DNA of 64,000 nt, taken from positions 18,083 to 82,082 of the forward strand of contig DCXR01000074.1 of the NCBI GenBank assembly GCA_002329075.1, written 5' to 3'. The stretch is from Candidatus Neomicrothrix sp. UBA2131 (GTDB taxonomy: Bacteria; Actinomycetota; Acidimicrobiia; Acidimicrobiales; MedAcidi-G1). Below are positions 34,480 through 43,659 of this stretch, in pieces; the first letter of the stretch is position 1, and each line of letters starts with the position of its first letter. The position numbers and the translations under genes are program-made. Below the pieces are notes generated by a model. The model was not told the origin of the DNA and ran no database searches. It saw only the letters and a program-made list of their open reading frames with translations.

Positions 34480-34496
34480 CCTGACTGTTCGTCAGA
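34480..34496. promoter_or_regulatory. Palindromic operator candidate, copy 3: CCTGAC-TGTTC-GTCAG(A)
   Basis: Lies in the 162-bp divergent region between the aldehyde dehydrogenase (start 34445) and the amidohydrolase (start 34608). It is 35 nt from the ALDH start, similar to the 38 nt between copy 1 and ipdA. Confidence 0.55.
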
Positions 34497-34607
34497 TCGT
34501 AGGAGCCAGCCGACCGCCGCCCCAACGCCGCCGCCCCGTTCGACCCCATGTCCGGTCGGTCGGTACCGTGGTCATCGTTCAGTCCGCGTCTGATTGGGGA
34601 AGGCCGA

Positions 34608-36311
34608 ATGCTCGACACGGTGATTCGCGGCGGCTGGATCGTCGACGGCACCGGCGACGATCGCCGGCGTGCCGACCTCGGCATCGTCGACGGTCGGATC
34701 GTGGCGCTCGGAGACGTTGACGACGAGGCCGCCCACACGATCGATGCCGACGGCCGAGTCGTGGCCCCGGGGTTCATCGACGTCCACACCCACCTCGACG
34801 CCCAGCCCTTCTGGGACAGCACCCTCAGCCCCTCACCCCTGCACGGAGTGACCTCGGTGGTCGGGGGCAACTGCGGCTTCTCCATCGCTCCCCTGTCCGA
34901 CGACCCTGCCGACGGTGCGTACCTGATGCGGATGCTGGCCCGTGTCGAGGGCATGCCGATCGAATCGCTCCAGGAGGGCGTTCCCTGGAACTGGCGCACC
35001 ACCGCCGAGTACCTCGACGCGATAGAGCCCCACCTGGCCATCAACGCCGGCTACAAGGTCGGACACTCGGCCCTGCGACGGGTGGTGATGCACGAGGAGT
35101 GCACCGGACGCGAGGCCACACCCGACGAGTTGGCCGCCATGTGCGACCTGCTGCGGGACGGGCTGGCGGCAGGGGCGCTCGGCTTCTCGTCATCCTGGTC
35201 ACGCACCCACAACGACGGCGACGGCCACATGGTCCCCAGCCGCTACGCACACCGCGACGAACTCATCGAACTCTGCCGGGTGGTCGGCGAGTTCCCCGGC
35301 ACGGGCATCGAGTTCCTGCCCATGGCCGGTCGGCACGAGGACTGGGCCGTCGAGTTGATGACCGACATGTCGCTGGCCGCCGGCGGCCGCCAACTCAACT
35401 GGAACGTCCTCACGGTCAGCGCCACAAGCCTCGACGATGCCCGCCACCGGATGCGGTCCGGTCCCTACGCCGCCGAGCGCGGCGCCAGGGTCGTCGCCCT
35501 CACGGTGCCCTTCACCTTCGGGCTGCGCATGTCGTTCGCCAGCGGCTTCATCCTCGACGCCCTCCCCGGCTGGGAAGAGGCGATGCTGCTCCCGAGGGAG
35601 GCCAAGAAGCGCCTGCTCTCCGACCCCGACCAGCGGCGCCGCCTGGAGCAGCAGGCGCAACAGGACAGTCCCTTCCGGGGGCTCGCCAGGTGGGAGACCC
35701 AGGTCATCTTCGACACGTTCGCCCCGGAGAACGACGGCTACTCGGGCCGCACGGTCGGCGACGTGGCCGCCGAGCTCGGCAAGGAGCCCTTCGACGCCCT
35801 GGTCGACATCGCCCTGGCCGACGACCTGTTGACCTCGTTCGGCCGGGAGGACCCCTTCCAGTCCCGGGAGGACTGGGAGGCCCGGATCGGCGTCTGGCGG
35901 GACGAGCACGTGGTGGTCGGCGCATCCGACGCCGGCGCCCACCTCGACATGTTCGGCACCTTCAACTTCACCACCCGCCTCATCGGGGGAGCCGTCCGGG
36001 AACACGGCCTGATCGACCTCGAGGAGGCGGTGCACCTGCTGACCGCAAGGCAGGCCGACCTCTACGGACTGGTCGACCGGGGCCGGATCGCCGAGGATGC
36101 CCACGCCGACCTGGTGGTCTTCGACGAGCACAGCATCGGATCCGACCCGCTCAGCCTGCGGGCCGACCTCCCCGGCGGTGCCGCCCGCCTCTACGCCGGT
36201 TCGTCCGGCATCGACGAGGTGCTGTGCGCCGGAGTTCCCGTAGTGAGCGGCGGTGACTTCACCGAAGCCCGCCCGGGCCGCGTGCTGCGAAGCGGCACGG
36301 ACACCCGCTGA
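34608..36311 (+). CDS. Amidohydrolase, N-acyl-D-amino-acid deacylase (D-aminoacylase) family
   Basis: Trimmed to ATG 34608 (MLDTVIRGGWIVDGTG), with a GGGGAAGG SD-like element upstream. It has the metal motif PGFIDVHTHLD and the C-terminal ADLVVFD. Confidence 0.85.
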   Translation: MLDTVIRGGWIVDGTGDDRRRADLGIVDGRIVALGDVDDEAAHTIDADGRVVAPGFIDVHTHLDAQPFWDSTLSPSPLHGVTSVVGGNCGFSIAPLSDDPADGAYLMRMLARVEGMPIESLQEGVPWNWRTTAEYLDAIEPHLAINAGYKVGHSALRRVVMHEECTGREATPDELAAMCDLLRDGLAAGALGFSSSWSRTHNDGDGHMVPSRYAHRDELIELCRVVGEFPGTGIEFLPMAGRHEDWAVELMTDMSLAAGGRQLNWNVLTVSATSLDDARHRMRSGPYAAERGARVVALTVPFTFGLRMSFASGFILDALPGWEEAMLLPREAKKRLLSDPDQRRRLEQQAQQDSPFRGLARWETQVIFDTFAPENDGYSGRTVGDVAAELGKEPFDALVDIALADDLLTSFGREDPFQSREDWEARIGVWRDEHVVVGASDAGAHLDMFGTFNFTTRLIGGAVREHGLIDLEEAVHLLTARQADLYGLVDRGRIAEDAHADLVVFDEHSIGSDPLSLRADLPGGAARLYAGSSGIDEVLCAGVPVVSGGDFTEARPGRVLRSGTDTR

Positions 36312-36341
36312 ACCCCGTGGACTAGGGACGGAGAACCGATT

Positions 36342-37001
36342 GTGACCGGGCACCGTTCCTTCTTCCTCGAAGAGGCCCTCGACGCCTACGTGCAGGCCCA
36401 CTCACCGCCCGTCGACGACGTGCAACGGTCGCTGATCGAGGCGACCGCCTCGCTCGGCCCGGTCGCCCGGATGCAGGTGGCGCCCGACCAGGCTGCCTTC
36501 CTCGCCCTGCTGGTCGCCGCCGTACGCCCGATGTTCGCCGTCGAGGTGGGCACCTTCACCGGCTTCTCCTCGCTCGCCATCGCCCGAGCGCTCCCCGATG
36601 GCGGCCGCCTACTGTGCTGCGACGTCTCGGCCGAGTGGACCGACATCGCCCGCGAACACTGGTCCAGGGCCGGCGTCGACGACCGCGTCGACCTCGTGGT
36701 CGCCCCCGCCCTCGACACGCTGCGGGCGCTGCCCGCCGACCGGGAGGTCGACTTCGCCTTCCTCGACGCCGACAAGGCGGGCTACCTCGCCTACTACGAG
36801 GAGATGGTGCCCCGCCTGTCCCCGCACGGCCTCATCGCCGTCGACAACGTGTTGTGGTCCGGCAGGGTGCTCGACGCCGGGGCCGACGACGCCGACACCG
36901 TGGCACTGCAGGAGTTCAACGACCACGTCATGTCCGACGACCGGGTCACCTCGGTGCTGCTCTCCGTGGGCGACGGCATCAACCTCATCCGACGGGCCTG
37001 A
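36342..37001 (+). CDS. Class I SAM-dependent O-methyltransferase (caffeoyl-CoA OMT-like)
   Basis: GTG start. Motifs VEVGTFTGFSSL and FAFLDADKAGY. Confidence 0.85.
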   Translation: MTGHRSFFLEEALDAYVQAHSPPVDDVQRSLIEATASLGPVARMQVAPDQAAFLALLVAAVRPMFAVEVGTFTGFSSLAIARALPDGGRLLCCDVSAEWTDIAREHWSRAGVDDRVDLVVAPALDTLRALPADREVDFAFLDADKAGYLAYYEEMVPRLSPHGLIAVDNVLWSGRVLDAGADDADTVALQEFNDHVMSDDRVTSVLLSVGDGINLIRRA

Positions 37002-37110
37002 GGCATGTGCCACACGGACCCGACTCGGCCCCGCAGGCCGGGCACTGGATAGGCTCGGAACCTACCGGCCGGTAACCCACCGGACCGCGGATCAACCAGG
37101 AGCCCCCACC

Positions 37111-38313
37111 ATGACCGAAGCCGTCATCGTCGCCACCGCCCGCACTCCGATCGGACGGGCCGCCAAGGGCAGCCTCGTCGAGGCCCGCCCCGACGACATG
37201 TCCGCCTTCATCATCGACGACGTCCTGGGCAAGGTCCCGGAACTCCCCCGCGAGCAGGTCGAAGACGTCATCTGGGGGACCGGGCAGCCCGGCGGCGAAC
37301 AGGGCTACAACGTGGCCCGCGTCGCTGCACTTCTGGCAGGACTCGACGCTCCCGGCGTCACCGTCAACCGCTACTGCTCCTCGTCGCTCCAGACCATCCG
37401 CATGGCTGCCCACGCCATCAGGGCCGGCGAGGGCGACGCCTTCGTGACCGGCGGCGTCGAGTGCGTCAGCCGCTACCAGTTCGGCGCCGCCGACAACGGT
37501 CCCCACAACGCCGAGTTCGCCGACGCCGAGGCCCGCACCGCCGGCCGCACCGGCGAGGACACCGACGGGTGGACACCACCGGAGGGCCTACCCGACATCT
37601 ACATCGCCATGGGCCAGACCGCAGAGAACGTCGCCCAGCACATGGGAGTCTCCCGCCAGGCCCAGGACGAATGGGGTGTGCGCTCCCAGAACCGGGCCGA
37701 AGCCGCCCGGGACCGCGGCTTCTTCGAGCGCGAGATCACCCCCTACACCCTCCCCGACGGCACCGTCGTCAGCCAGGACGACGGCATACGCGCCGGCACC
37801 ACCTACGAGAAGGTCTCACAACTCAACCCGGTGTTCCGCCCCAACGGCACGGTCACGGCCGGCAACGCCTGCCCGCTCAACGACGGTGCCGCCGCCGTGG
37901 TCGTCATGAGCGACACCCGGGCCGCCGAGCTCGGGCTCACCCCTCTGGCCCGAGTCGTCGCTTCCGGCGTCTCGGCCCTCGACCCCGAGATCATGGGCCT
38001 CGGCCCGATCGGCGCCATCGAACAGGCCCTCGGCCGGGCCGGCATGACCGCCGACGACATCGACCTGTTCGAGATCAACGAGGCCTTCGCCGCTCAGGTG
38101 CTGCCCTCAGCCGACGCCGTCGGCATCGACCTCGACAAGCTCAACGTCAACGGTGGCGCCATCGCCCTGGGCCACCCCTTCGGCATGACCGGCGCCCGCA
38201 TCATGACCACGCTGCTCAACGGCCTCGAGGACTCCGACAAGGAGTTCGGGGTGGAGTCCATGTGCGTGGGTGGCGGGCAGGGCATGGCGATGGTGGTCCA
38301 GCGGCTCAACTGA
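37111..38313 (+). CDS. Acetyl-CoA C-acyltransferase (thiolase)
   Basis: Trimmed to ATG 37111, with an AGGAG SD upstream. It has the active-site Cys in NRYCSSSLQ, plus NVNGGAIALGHPFG and CVGGGQG. Confidence 0.9.
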   Translation: MTEAVIVATARTPIGRAAKGSLVEARPDDMSAFIIDDVLGKVPELPREQVEDVIWGTGQPGGEQGYNVARVAALLAGLDAPGVTVNRYCSSSLQTIRMAAHAIRAGEGDAFVTGGVECVSRYQFGAADNGPHNAEFADAEARTAGRTGEDTDGWTPPEGLPDIYIAMGQTAENVAQHMGVSRQAQDEWGVRSQNRAEAARDRGFFEREITPYTLPDGTVVSQDDGIRAGTTYEKVSQLNPVFRPNGTVTAGNACPLNDGAAAVVVMSDTRAAELGLTPLARVVASGVSALDPEIMGLGPIGAIEQALGRAGMTADDIDLFEINEAFAAQVLPSADAVGIDLDKLNVNGGAIALGHPFGMTGARIMTTLLNGLEDSDKEFGVESMCVGGGQGMAMVVQRLN

Positions 38314-38333
38314 GCCCCGGTTCTCCCCTGGGC

Positions 38334-38353
38334 GTCCGAGTGGGGCGTCGGAC
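38334..38353. terminator. Hairpin GTCCGA-N8-TCGGAC between convergent thiolase and ilvC
   Basis: 6-bp stem in a 48-bp convergent spacer. There is no U-tract, so the evidence is weak. Confidence 0.25.
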
Positions 38354-38361
38354 CTGGAGCG

Positions 38362-39393
38362 CTACCCCTGGCCGCCAGAGGCTTCCTGGACGGAGACCTT
38401 GCCGGCGCTGATCCACGGCATCATGGCCCGCAGTTCCTCGCCGACCTTCTCGATGCGGTGCTCCCTGCCCTCGGCCTCGAGGCGGTAGAAGTTCTCGCGG
38501 CCCGAACTAGCCTCGGCGACCCACTCCTCGGCGAAGGCGCCTGACTGGATCTCCGAGAGGATCTGACCCATCGTGGAGCGGACGTTGTCGTCGATGACCC
38601 GGGGGCCACGCGAAAGGTCGCCGTACTCGGCGGTGTCGGACACCGAGTAGCGCATCCCGCCGATGCCCTGCTCGTACATGAGGTCCACGATGAGCTTCAG
38701 CTCGTGGAGGCACTCGAAGTAGCAGATCTCCGGTTGGTAGCCGGCGTCGACGAGGGTGTCGAAGGCGCTGCGGACCAGTTCGGTCAGGCCTCCGCACAGG
38801 ACCACCTGCTCGCCGAACAGGTCGGTCTCGCACTCCTCGGTGAACGTGGTCTCGATCACTCCGGCCCGGGCACCGCCGATCCCGTCGGCGTAGGCGAGGG
38901 CCAGCGCCTTGGCTCCGCCCGTCGGATCCTGCTCGATGGCGATGAGGCACGGCACGCCGCCGCCCTCGACGAAGGTGCGGCGTACCAGGTGGCCGGGACC
39001 CTTCGGGGCGATCATGATCACGTCGACGTCCTCGGGCGGGTTGATGAGGTCGAACCGGATGTTGAACCCGTGTGAGAACGCCACGGCGTCACCGGGGTTC
39101 AGGTTCGGGGCGATGTGCTCCTCGTAGATAGCCGCCTGGTCGGTGTCGGGCAGCAGCAGCATCACGACATCGGCCCAGGTGGTGGCGTCGGCGATCGACT
39201 TCACGTCGAGGCCGGCCTCGGTGGCCTTGGCGACCGACCTCGAGCTCTCCCGCAGGCCGACGCAGACGTCGATACCCGACTCCTTGAGGTTCAGCGCATG
39301 GGCGTGGCCCTGGGAGCCGTAGCCCAGGATCGCCACCTTGCGATCCGCTATCGCCGAGCGGTCCACATCCTGTTCGTAGTACACGTTCGCCAC
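38362..39393 (-). CDS. ilvC: Ketol-acid reductoisomerase (NADP+)
   Basis: GTG start with an AGGAGG SD. Motifs [15 protein letters not shown] and the class I KARI sequence throughout. Confidence 0.95.
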   Translation of the reverse strand: MANVYYEQDVDRSAIADRKVAILGYGSQGHAHALNLKESGIDVCVGLRESSRSVAKATEAGLDVKSIADATTWADVVMLLLPDTDQAAIYEEHIAPNLNPGDAVAFSHGFNIRFDLINPPEDVDVIMIAPKGPGHLVRRTFVEGGGVPCLIAIEQDPTGGAKALALAYADGIGGARAGVIETTFTEECETDLFGEQVVLCGGLTELVRSAFDTLVDAGYQPEICYFECLHELKLIVDLMYEQGIGGMRYSVSDTAEYGDLSRGPRVIDDNVRSTMGQILSEIQSGAFAEEWVAEASSGRENFYRLEAEGREHRIEKVGEELRAMMPWISAGKVSVQEASGGQG

Positions 39394-39449
39394 GGGGGGT
39401 CCTCCTGTTTTCTCGTTGTGGAAATGGTCGAATGGGTTCGGGCGCCGGG

Positions 39450-39959
39450 TCAGGCGTCCTCGTCGAGGACGGGCAGGGCGACGCGGCCCGTGCGCTGCAA
39501 CTCGACGATGCCGAAGGGTCGCAACAGGTCCTCGAACTCGTCGATCCGCTTCGGCGGACCGACCAGCGACAGCATCATGCGGTCGGCACCCACGGACAGC
39601 ACCTTGCCGCCGGCCCGGTCGAGCTGCTCGACGAGTTCGTCTCGACGGTCCGGCTCGGCCTCGACGGTCACGATCATGAGCTCCCGCTCGACTGCGCTAC
39701 CGGGGTGGAGTTCCCGGATCTCGACCACGTTGACGAGCTTGTCGAGTTGCTTGACGACCTGTTCCAGCGGCGCAGATTCGAGGTCGACGACGATCGTGAG
39801 GCGGCTGAAGCGGTCATCGTCGGTAGGCGCCACGGCCAGGGACTCGATGTTGAAACCGCGGCGTGCGAACAGGCCGGCAACCCGGGCCAGCACACCGGAC
39901 TTGTTCTCGACCGTGACCACGAGCGTGTGGTACCGGTAGTCGGGACCGGCGACGTTCAT
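39450..39959 (-). CDS. ilvN: Acetolactate synthase small (regulatory) subunit
   Basis: Trimmed to ATG 39957-39959, overlapping the ilvB stop (ATGA). It has the ACT domain [31 protein letters not shown]. Confidence 0.95.
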   Translation of the reverse strand: MNVAGPDYRYHTLVVTVENKSGVLARVAGLFARRGFNIESLAVAPTDDDRFSRLTIVVDLESAPLEQVVKQLDKLVNVVEIRELHPGSAVERELMIVTVEAEPDRRDELVEQLDRAGGKVLSVGADRMMLSLVGPPKRIDEFEDLLRPFGIVELQRTGRVALPVLDEDA

Positions 39960-41698
39960 CGGGACAGGTCCGCCTGCGAGGGGGGCACGACGAGGTCCGA
40001 GTTGGTGGCGCCGGCGGGCACCATCGGGTACACCTTCTCCTCGGCCATGACCCGGAAGTCGATGACGACCGGGCGGTCGTCGATCTCGTTGGCCTTGGTG
40101 ATGGCGGCATCGATCTCGTCGGGGTCGTCGACTCGCATGGCCTCGCATCCCATGGACTGCGCCCACATCTTGTAGTCGGGCACGTCCTTCGACAGGAAGA
40201 CCTCGGAGTAGCGCTCCTCGTAGAACATCTCCTGCCACTGGCGGACCATGCCCAGGTAGGAGTTGTTGAACAGCGCCACCTTGATCGGGAACCCCTCGAC
40301 AGTGGCGGTCACGAGTTCCTGGGCGGTCATCTGGAAGCAGCCGTCGCCGTCGACGGCCCAGACCGTGCGGTCGGGCATTCCGGCCTTGGCGCCGATGGCC
40401 GCCGGGATCGAGTAGCCCATCGTGCCGAGGCCGCCGGAGTTGATCCACGTGTAGGGGTGGTCGAACCTCCAGTACTGGCTGGCCCACATCTGGTGCTGGC
40501 CGACCCCCGATACGACAATCGTGTCGTCGGGCGAGAGGTCGCGCAGGCGCTCGATGACGTACTGGGGCTTGAGGGCCTGACCGGGCTCCCAGGCCTCGTA
40601 GGCCAACGGGAAGCGCTCCTGCCAGCCGCTTATCCGCGAGCGCCAGGCACCCCGGTCGGCGTCACCGAGCCCGTTTGCCTGCAACTCTGCGATCAGAGCC
40701 TCGATGGCGACGCGGCAGTCGCCCTGGATGGCTACGTCTGCACGGCGGACCTTGCCCAACTCTGCGCTGTCGATGTCGACGTGGACGACCCTGGCGCCGG
40801 GGGCGAAGCCGTCGAGGCGGCCGGTGACCCGGTCGTCGAAGCGTGCGCCGAGGACAACCAGCAGGTCGGCCTCCTGCATGGCGGTGACGGCCGTGAAGTT
40901 GCCGTGCATGCCGGGCATGCCGAGGCACAGGTCGTGGCTGTCGGGAAAGGCACCCCGGGCCATGAGCGTGGTGACGACGTGGATGCCGGTCATCTCGGCG
41001 AGTTGGTACAGCACCTCTGCGGCCCGGGCCTTGAGGATTCCGCCGCCCACGTAGAGGACGGGTCGTTCGGCGGCCCGCATCAGGTCGGCGGCAGCCGCGA
41101 TGGCCGCCGGGTCGACCTCCACGTTCGGGTCGTATCCCGGGAGGTCCATCTCGATCTCGTCGGACCACTCCATGGCCGAGCGGGGGCTGTTGGGGTCGAC
41201 GATGTCCTTGGGGATGTCGACCAGCACCGGACCGGGTCGGCCCGTGGTGGCGATGTGGAACGCCTCCTTGACGACCCGGGGGATGTCCTGTGCCTCGGTG
41301 ACGAGGAAGTTGTGCTTGGTGACCGACATGGTGATGCCGGTGGTGTCGCACTCCTGGAAGGCGTCGGTGCCGATGGCGGCAAGGGGCACCTGGCCGGTGA
41401 TGCACACCAGTGGCACGGAGTCGAGGTGGGCATCGCAGAGGGCGGTGACGGCGTTGGTGGCGCCGGGCCCGCTGGTGACCATCATGACCCCGGGCCTGCC
41501 GGCGGCATGCGCATAGCCGGATGCCATGTGGCCGGCACCCTGCTCGTGGCGGACCAGGACGTGGCGGATGGACGAGTCGATGAGCGGGTCGTAGACCGGC
41601 AGGATCGCCCCGCCGGGCAGCCCGAACAGCAGATCTACGCCCTCGTTCTCGAGGGCCCTGATCAGCGCCTGACCGCCATCCATGGGTGTCGTCGTCAT
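39956..41698 (-). CDS. ilvB: Acetolactate synthase large subunit
   Basis: 580 aa. It has the ThDP-enzyme layout, including the ThDP motif DGDGCFQM...NN. Confidence 0.95.
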   Translation of the reverse strand: MTTTPMDGGQALIRALENEGVDLLFGLPGGAILPVYDPLIDSSIRHVLVRHEQGAGHMASGYAHAAGRPGVMMVTSGPGATNAVTALCDAHLDSVPLVCITGQVPLAAIGTDAFQECDTTGITMSVTKHNFLVTEAQDIPRVVKEAFHIATTGRPGPVLVDIPKDIVDPNSPRSAMEWSDEIEMDLPGYDPNVEVDPAAIAAAADLMRAAERPVLYVGGGILKARAAEVLYQLAEMTGIHVVTTLMARGAFPDSHDLCLGMPGMHGNFTAVTAMQEADLLVVLGARFDDRVTGRLDGFAPGARVVHVDIDSAELGKVRRADVAIQGDCRVAIEALIAELQANGLGDADRGAWRSRISGWQERFPLAYEAWEPGQALKPQYVIERLRDLSPDDTIVVSGVGQHQMWASQYWRFDHPYTWINSGGLGTMGYSIPAAIGAKAGMPDRTVWAVDGDGCFQMTAQELVTATVEGFPIKVALFNNSYLGMVRQWQEMFYEERYSEVFLSKDVPDYKMWAQSMGCEAMRVDDPDEIDAAITKANEIDDRPVVIDFRVMAEEKVYPMVPAGATNSDLVVPPSQADLSR

Positions 41699-41753
41699 GT
41701 GTCCTACTGAAGGTGGTTGGGAGGGGTGGGATAGGTGATCGGCAACCGTGCCG

Positions 41754-41786
41754 AAAAAGCGAACGACCTCCCGTAGCGGGAGGTCG
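41754..41786 (-). terminator. Intrinsic terminator / attenuator between ilvD and ilvB
   Basis: On the minus strand: a 10-bp stem (41764-41786; core GACCTCCCG, 3-nt loop), followed by TTCGCTTTTTC. It lies 112 nt after the ilvD stop and about 55 nt before the ilvB start. Confidence 0.65.
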
Positions 41787-41812
41787 GGGCACGCGGACGG
41801 TGGGTCCGGTGC

Positions 41813-41848
41813 CTACCGCAGTACCCGTACCTCATGCGCCGTGGTCAT
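41813..41848 (-). other. Candidate ilv leader peptide MTTAHEVRVLR*
   Basis: An 11-codon ORF ending 26 nt upstream of the terminator hairpin. It contains Val/Leu codons (VRVL) but has no obvious SD, so it is speculative. Confidence 0.25.
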
Positions 41849-41897
41849 GACTGACAAGTATCGCCGGACCGTGCACGGGCGACAACCTGCCTGGCCC

Positions 41898-43601
41898 CTA
41901 CGCCCTGGTAACGGCGCCCTGGTCGGCACCCTGGGCGAGGGCGGCGTACTTGGCGAGGAAGCCGGAGGTGTAGCGGGGCTCGAAGGGCTTGAGGTTGGCC
42001 TGCCGCTCGGCCAGTTCGGCCTCGTCGACCATCAGGTCGATGGTGTGGGCCCGCACGTCGATCACGATCCGGTCGCCTTCGGCGATGAGGGCGATGGGTC
42101 CGCCGTCGATGGCCTCAGGGGCGACGTGGCCGACGCAGAAGCCGTGGGTACCGCCTGAGAAGCGGCCGTCGGTGATGAGCGCCGCATCACCGCCACGGCC
42201 GGCGCCCTTCATGGCGCCGGTGATGGCGAGCATCTCGCGCATGCCGGGGCCGCCCTTGGGTCCCTCGTAGCGGATGACGACGATGTCGCCGGCCTCGATG
42301 CGGTCGTCGAGCACGGCGGCCATGGCGTCGTCCTCGCCGTCGAACACGCGGGCCCGTCCGTCGAAGTGGTCGACATCGAGACCAGCCACCTTGACCACGG
42401 CCCCCTGCGGGGCCAACGATCCGCTCAGCACGGCGATGCCACCGATGTTGTGGATGGGGTCGTCGAAGGCGTGGATGACCTCGCCGTCTGGGGCGGGCGG
42501 GTCGAGCAGCGCCAGGTTCTCGGCAACGGTCCGGCCGGTGACGGTGACCTCGTCGCCGTGCAGGAGGCCCTCCTCGAGGAGCATCTGCATCACAACCGGC
42601 ACACCGCCGATGCGGTCGATGTCGATCATGTGGTAGTTGCCGTGCGGCTTGGTGTCGGCGAGGTGCGGCACCCGGGCGGCCACCCGGTTGAAGTCGTCGA
42701 GCTCGAGAGCCACGCCTGCCTCGAAGGCGATCGCCAGCAGGTGCAGCACGGCGTTGGTGGAACCCCCCAGCGCCATGACGACGGCAATGGCGTTTTCGAA
42801 TGCGGCCATGCTCATGATCTGGCGTGGCCGGATGTCCTCGCGGAGCAACTGCATCACGGCGGTACCGCTGGCGTAGGCGCTGTCCCCACGGCGGCCGTCG
42901 ATTGCGGCGGCCGATGCCGAACCCGGCAGCGACATGCCGATCGCCTCCCCCACCGCCGCCATGGTGTTGGCGGTGAACATGCCGGCGCAGCTGCCGATGG
43001 TGGGGCAGGCGGCACGCTCGATGGCGAGCAGTTCGTCGTCATCGATGCCGCCCACGGCGTGGGCGCCTACGGCCTCGAACACGCTGACCACGTCGAGCTT
43101 CTGGTCACCGTGCTTGCCCGGCATGATCGAGCCGCCGTAGACGAACACCGATGGCAGGTCGATTCGGGCGGCGGCCATGAGCATCCCGGGCAGGGACTTG
43201 TCGCAACCGGCGAAGCTGACGAAGGCGTCGAGCCGTTCGGCGTGCATGACGGCCTCGACCGAGTCGGCGATGATCTCGCGGCTTACGAGGCTGGCACGCA
43301 TGCCCTCGTGGCCCATCGAGATGCCGTCGCTGACGGCGATGGTGTTGAACTCCATCGGAAAGCCGCCGGCGGCGGTGACGCCCTCCTTGCAACGCTTTGC
43401 GAGGGCGTCGAGCGGCAGGTTGCAGGGTGTGACCTCGTTCCACGACGAGGCAACGCCGACCTGGGCCTTGTCGAAGTCGTCCTCGGTCATACCGACGGCA
43501 CGCAGCATGGCCCGGGCGGGGGCACGGCTGTCACCGTCGGTGACCTCGTGCGAGCGGGGTTTCATGTTGGATGAGGCTGGCGGGTTCGTGGTGTCACTCA
43601 T
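41898..43601 (-). CDS. ilvD: Dihydroxy-acid dehydratase
   Basis: Motifs [32 protein letters not shown] and [18 protein letters not shown] 43601 was preferred (MSDTTNPP...); an ATG at 43637 is also possible. Confidence 0.95.
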   Translation of the reverse strand: MSDTTNPPASSNMKPRSHEVTDGDSRAPARAMLRAVGMTEDDFDKAQVGVASSWNEVTPCNLPLDALAKRCKEGVTAAGGFPMEFNTIAVSDGISMGHEGMRASLVSREIIADSVEAVMHAERLDAFVSFAGCDKSLPGMLMAAARIDLPSVFVYGGSIMPGKHGDQKLDVVSVFEAVGAHAVGGIDDDELLAIERAACPTIGSCAGMFTANTMAAVGEAIGMSLPGSASAAAIDGRRGDSAYASGTAVMQLLREDIRPRQIMSMAAFENAIAVVMALGGSTNAVLHLLAIAFEAGVALELDDFNRVAARVPHLADTKPHGNYHMIDIDRIGGVPVVMQMLLEEGLLHGDEVTVTGRTVAENLALLDPPAPDGEVIHAFDDPIHNIGGIAVLSGSLAPQGAVVKVAGLDVDHFDGRARVFDGEDDAMAAVLDDRIEAGDIVVIRYEGPKGGPGMREMLAITGAMKGAGRGGDAALITDGRFSGGTHGFCVGHVAPEAIDGGPIALIAEGDRIVIDVRAHTIDLMVDEAELAERQANLKPFEPRYTSGFLAKYAALAQGADQGAVTRA

Positions 43602-43659
43602 GACCTGCAGGCTAGGGGAGAACAGGGGCCGTGACATCGGCGGGACCTACGATCCCACC

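Noticed and set aside
34548-34607. N-terminal extension of the amidohydrolase ORF (MSGRSVPWSSFSPRLIGEGR)
   Set aside because: The family-typical N-terminus begins at MLDTVIRGG (34608), with an SD-like GGGGAAGG just upstream. The extension lies in the promoter region.
43602-43659. Alternative ilvD start at 43637, leaving only 22 bp to the divergent MATE gene
   Set aside because: It cannot be excluded. I preferred ATG 43601 because the N-terminal length then matches other IlvD proteins better and leaves room for divergent promoters. Neither start has a clear SD.
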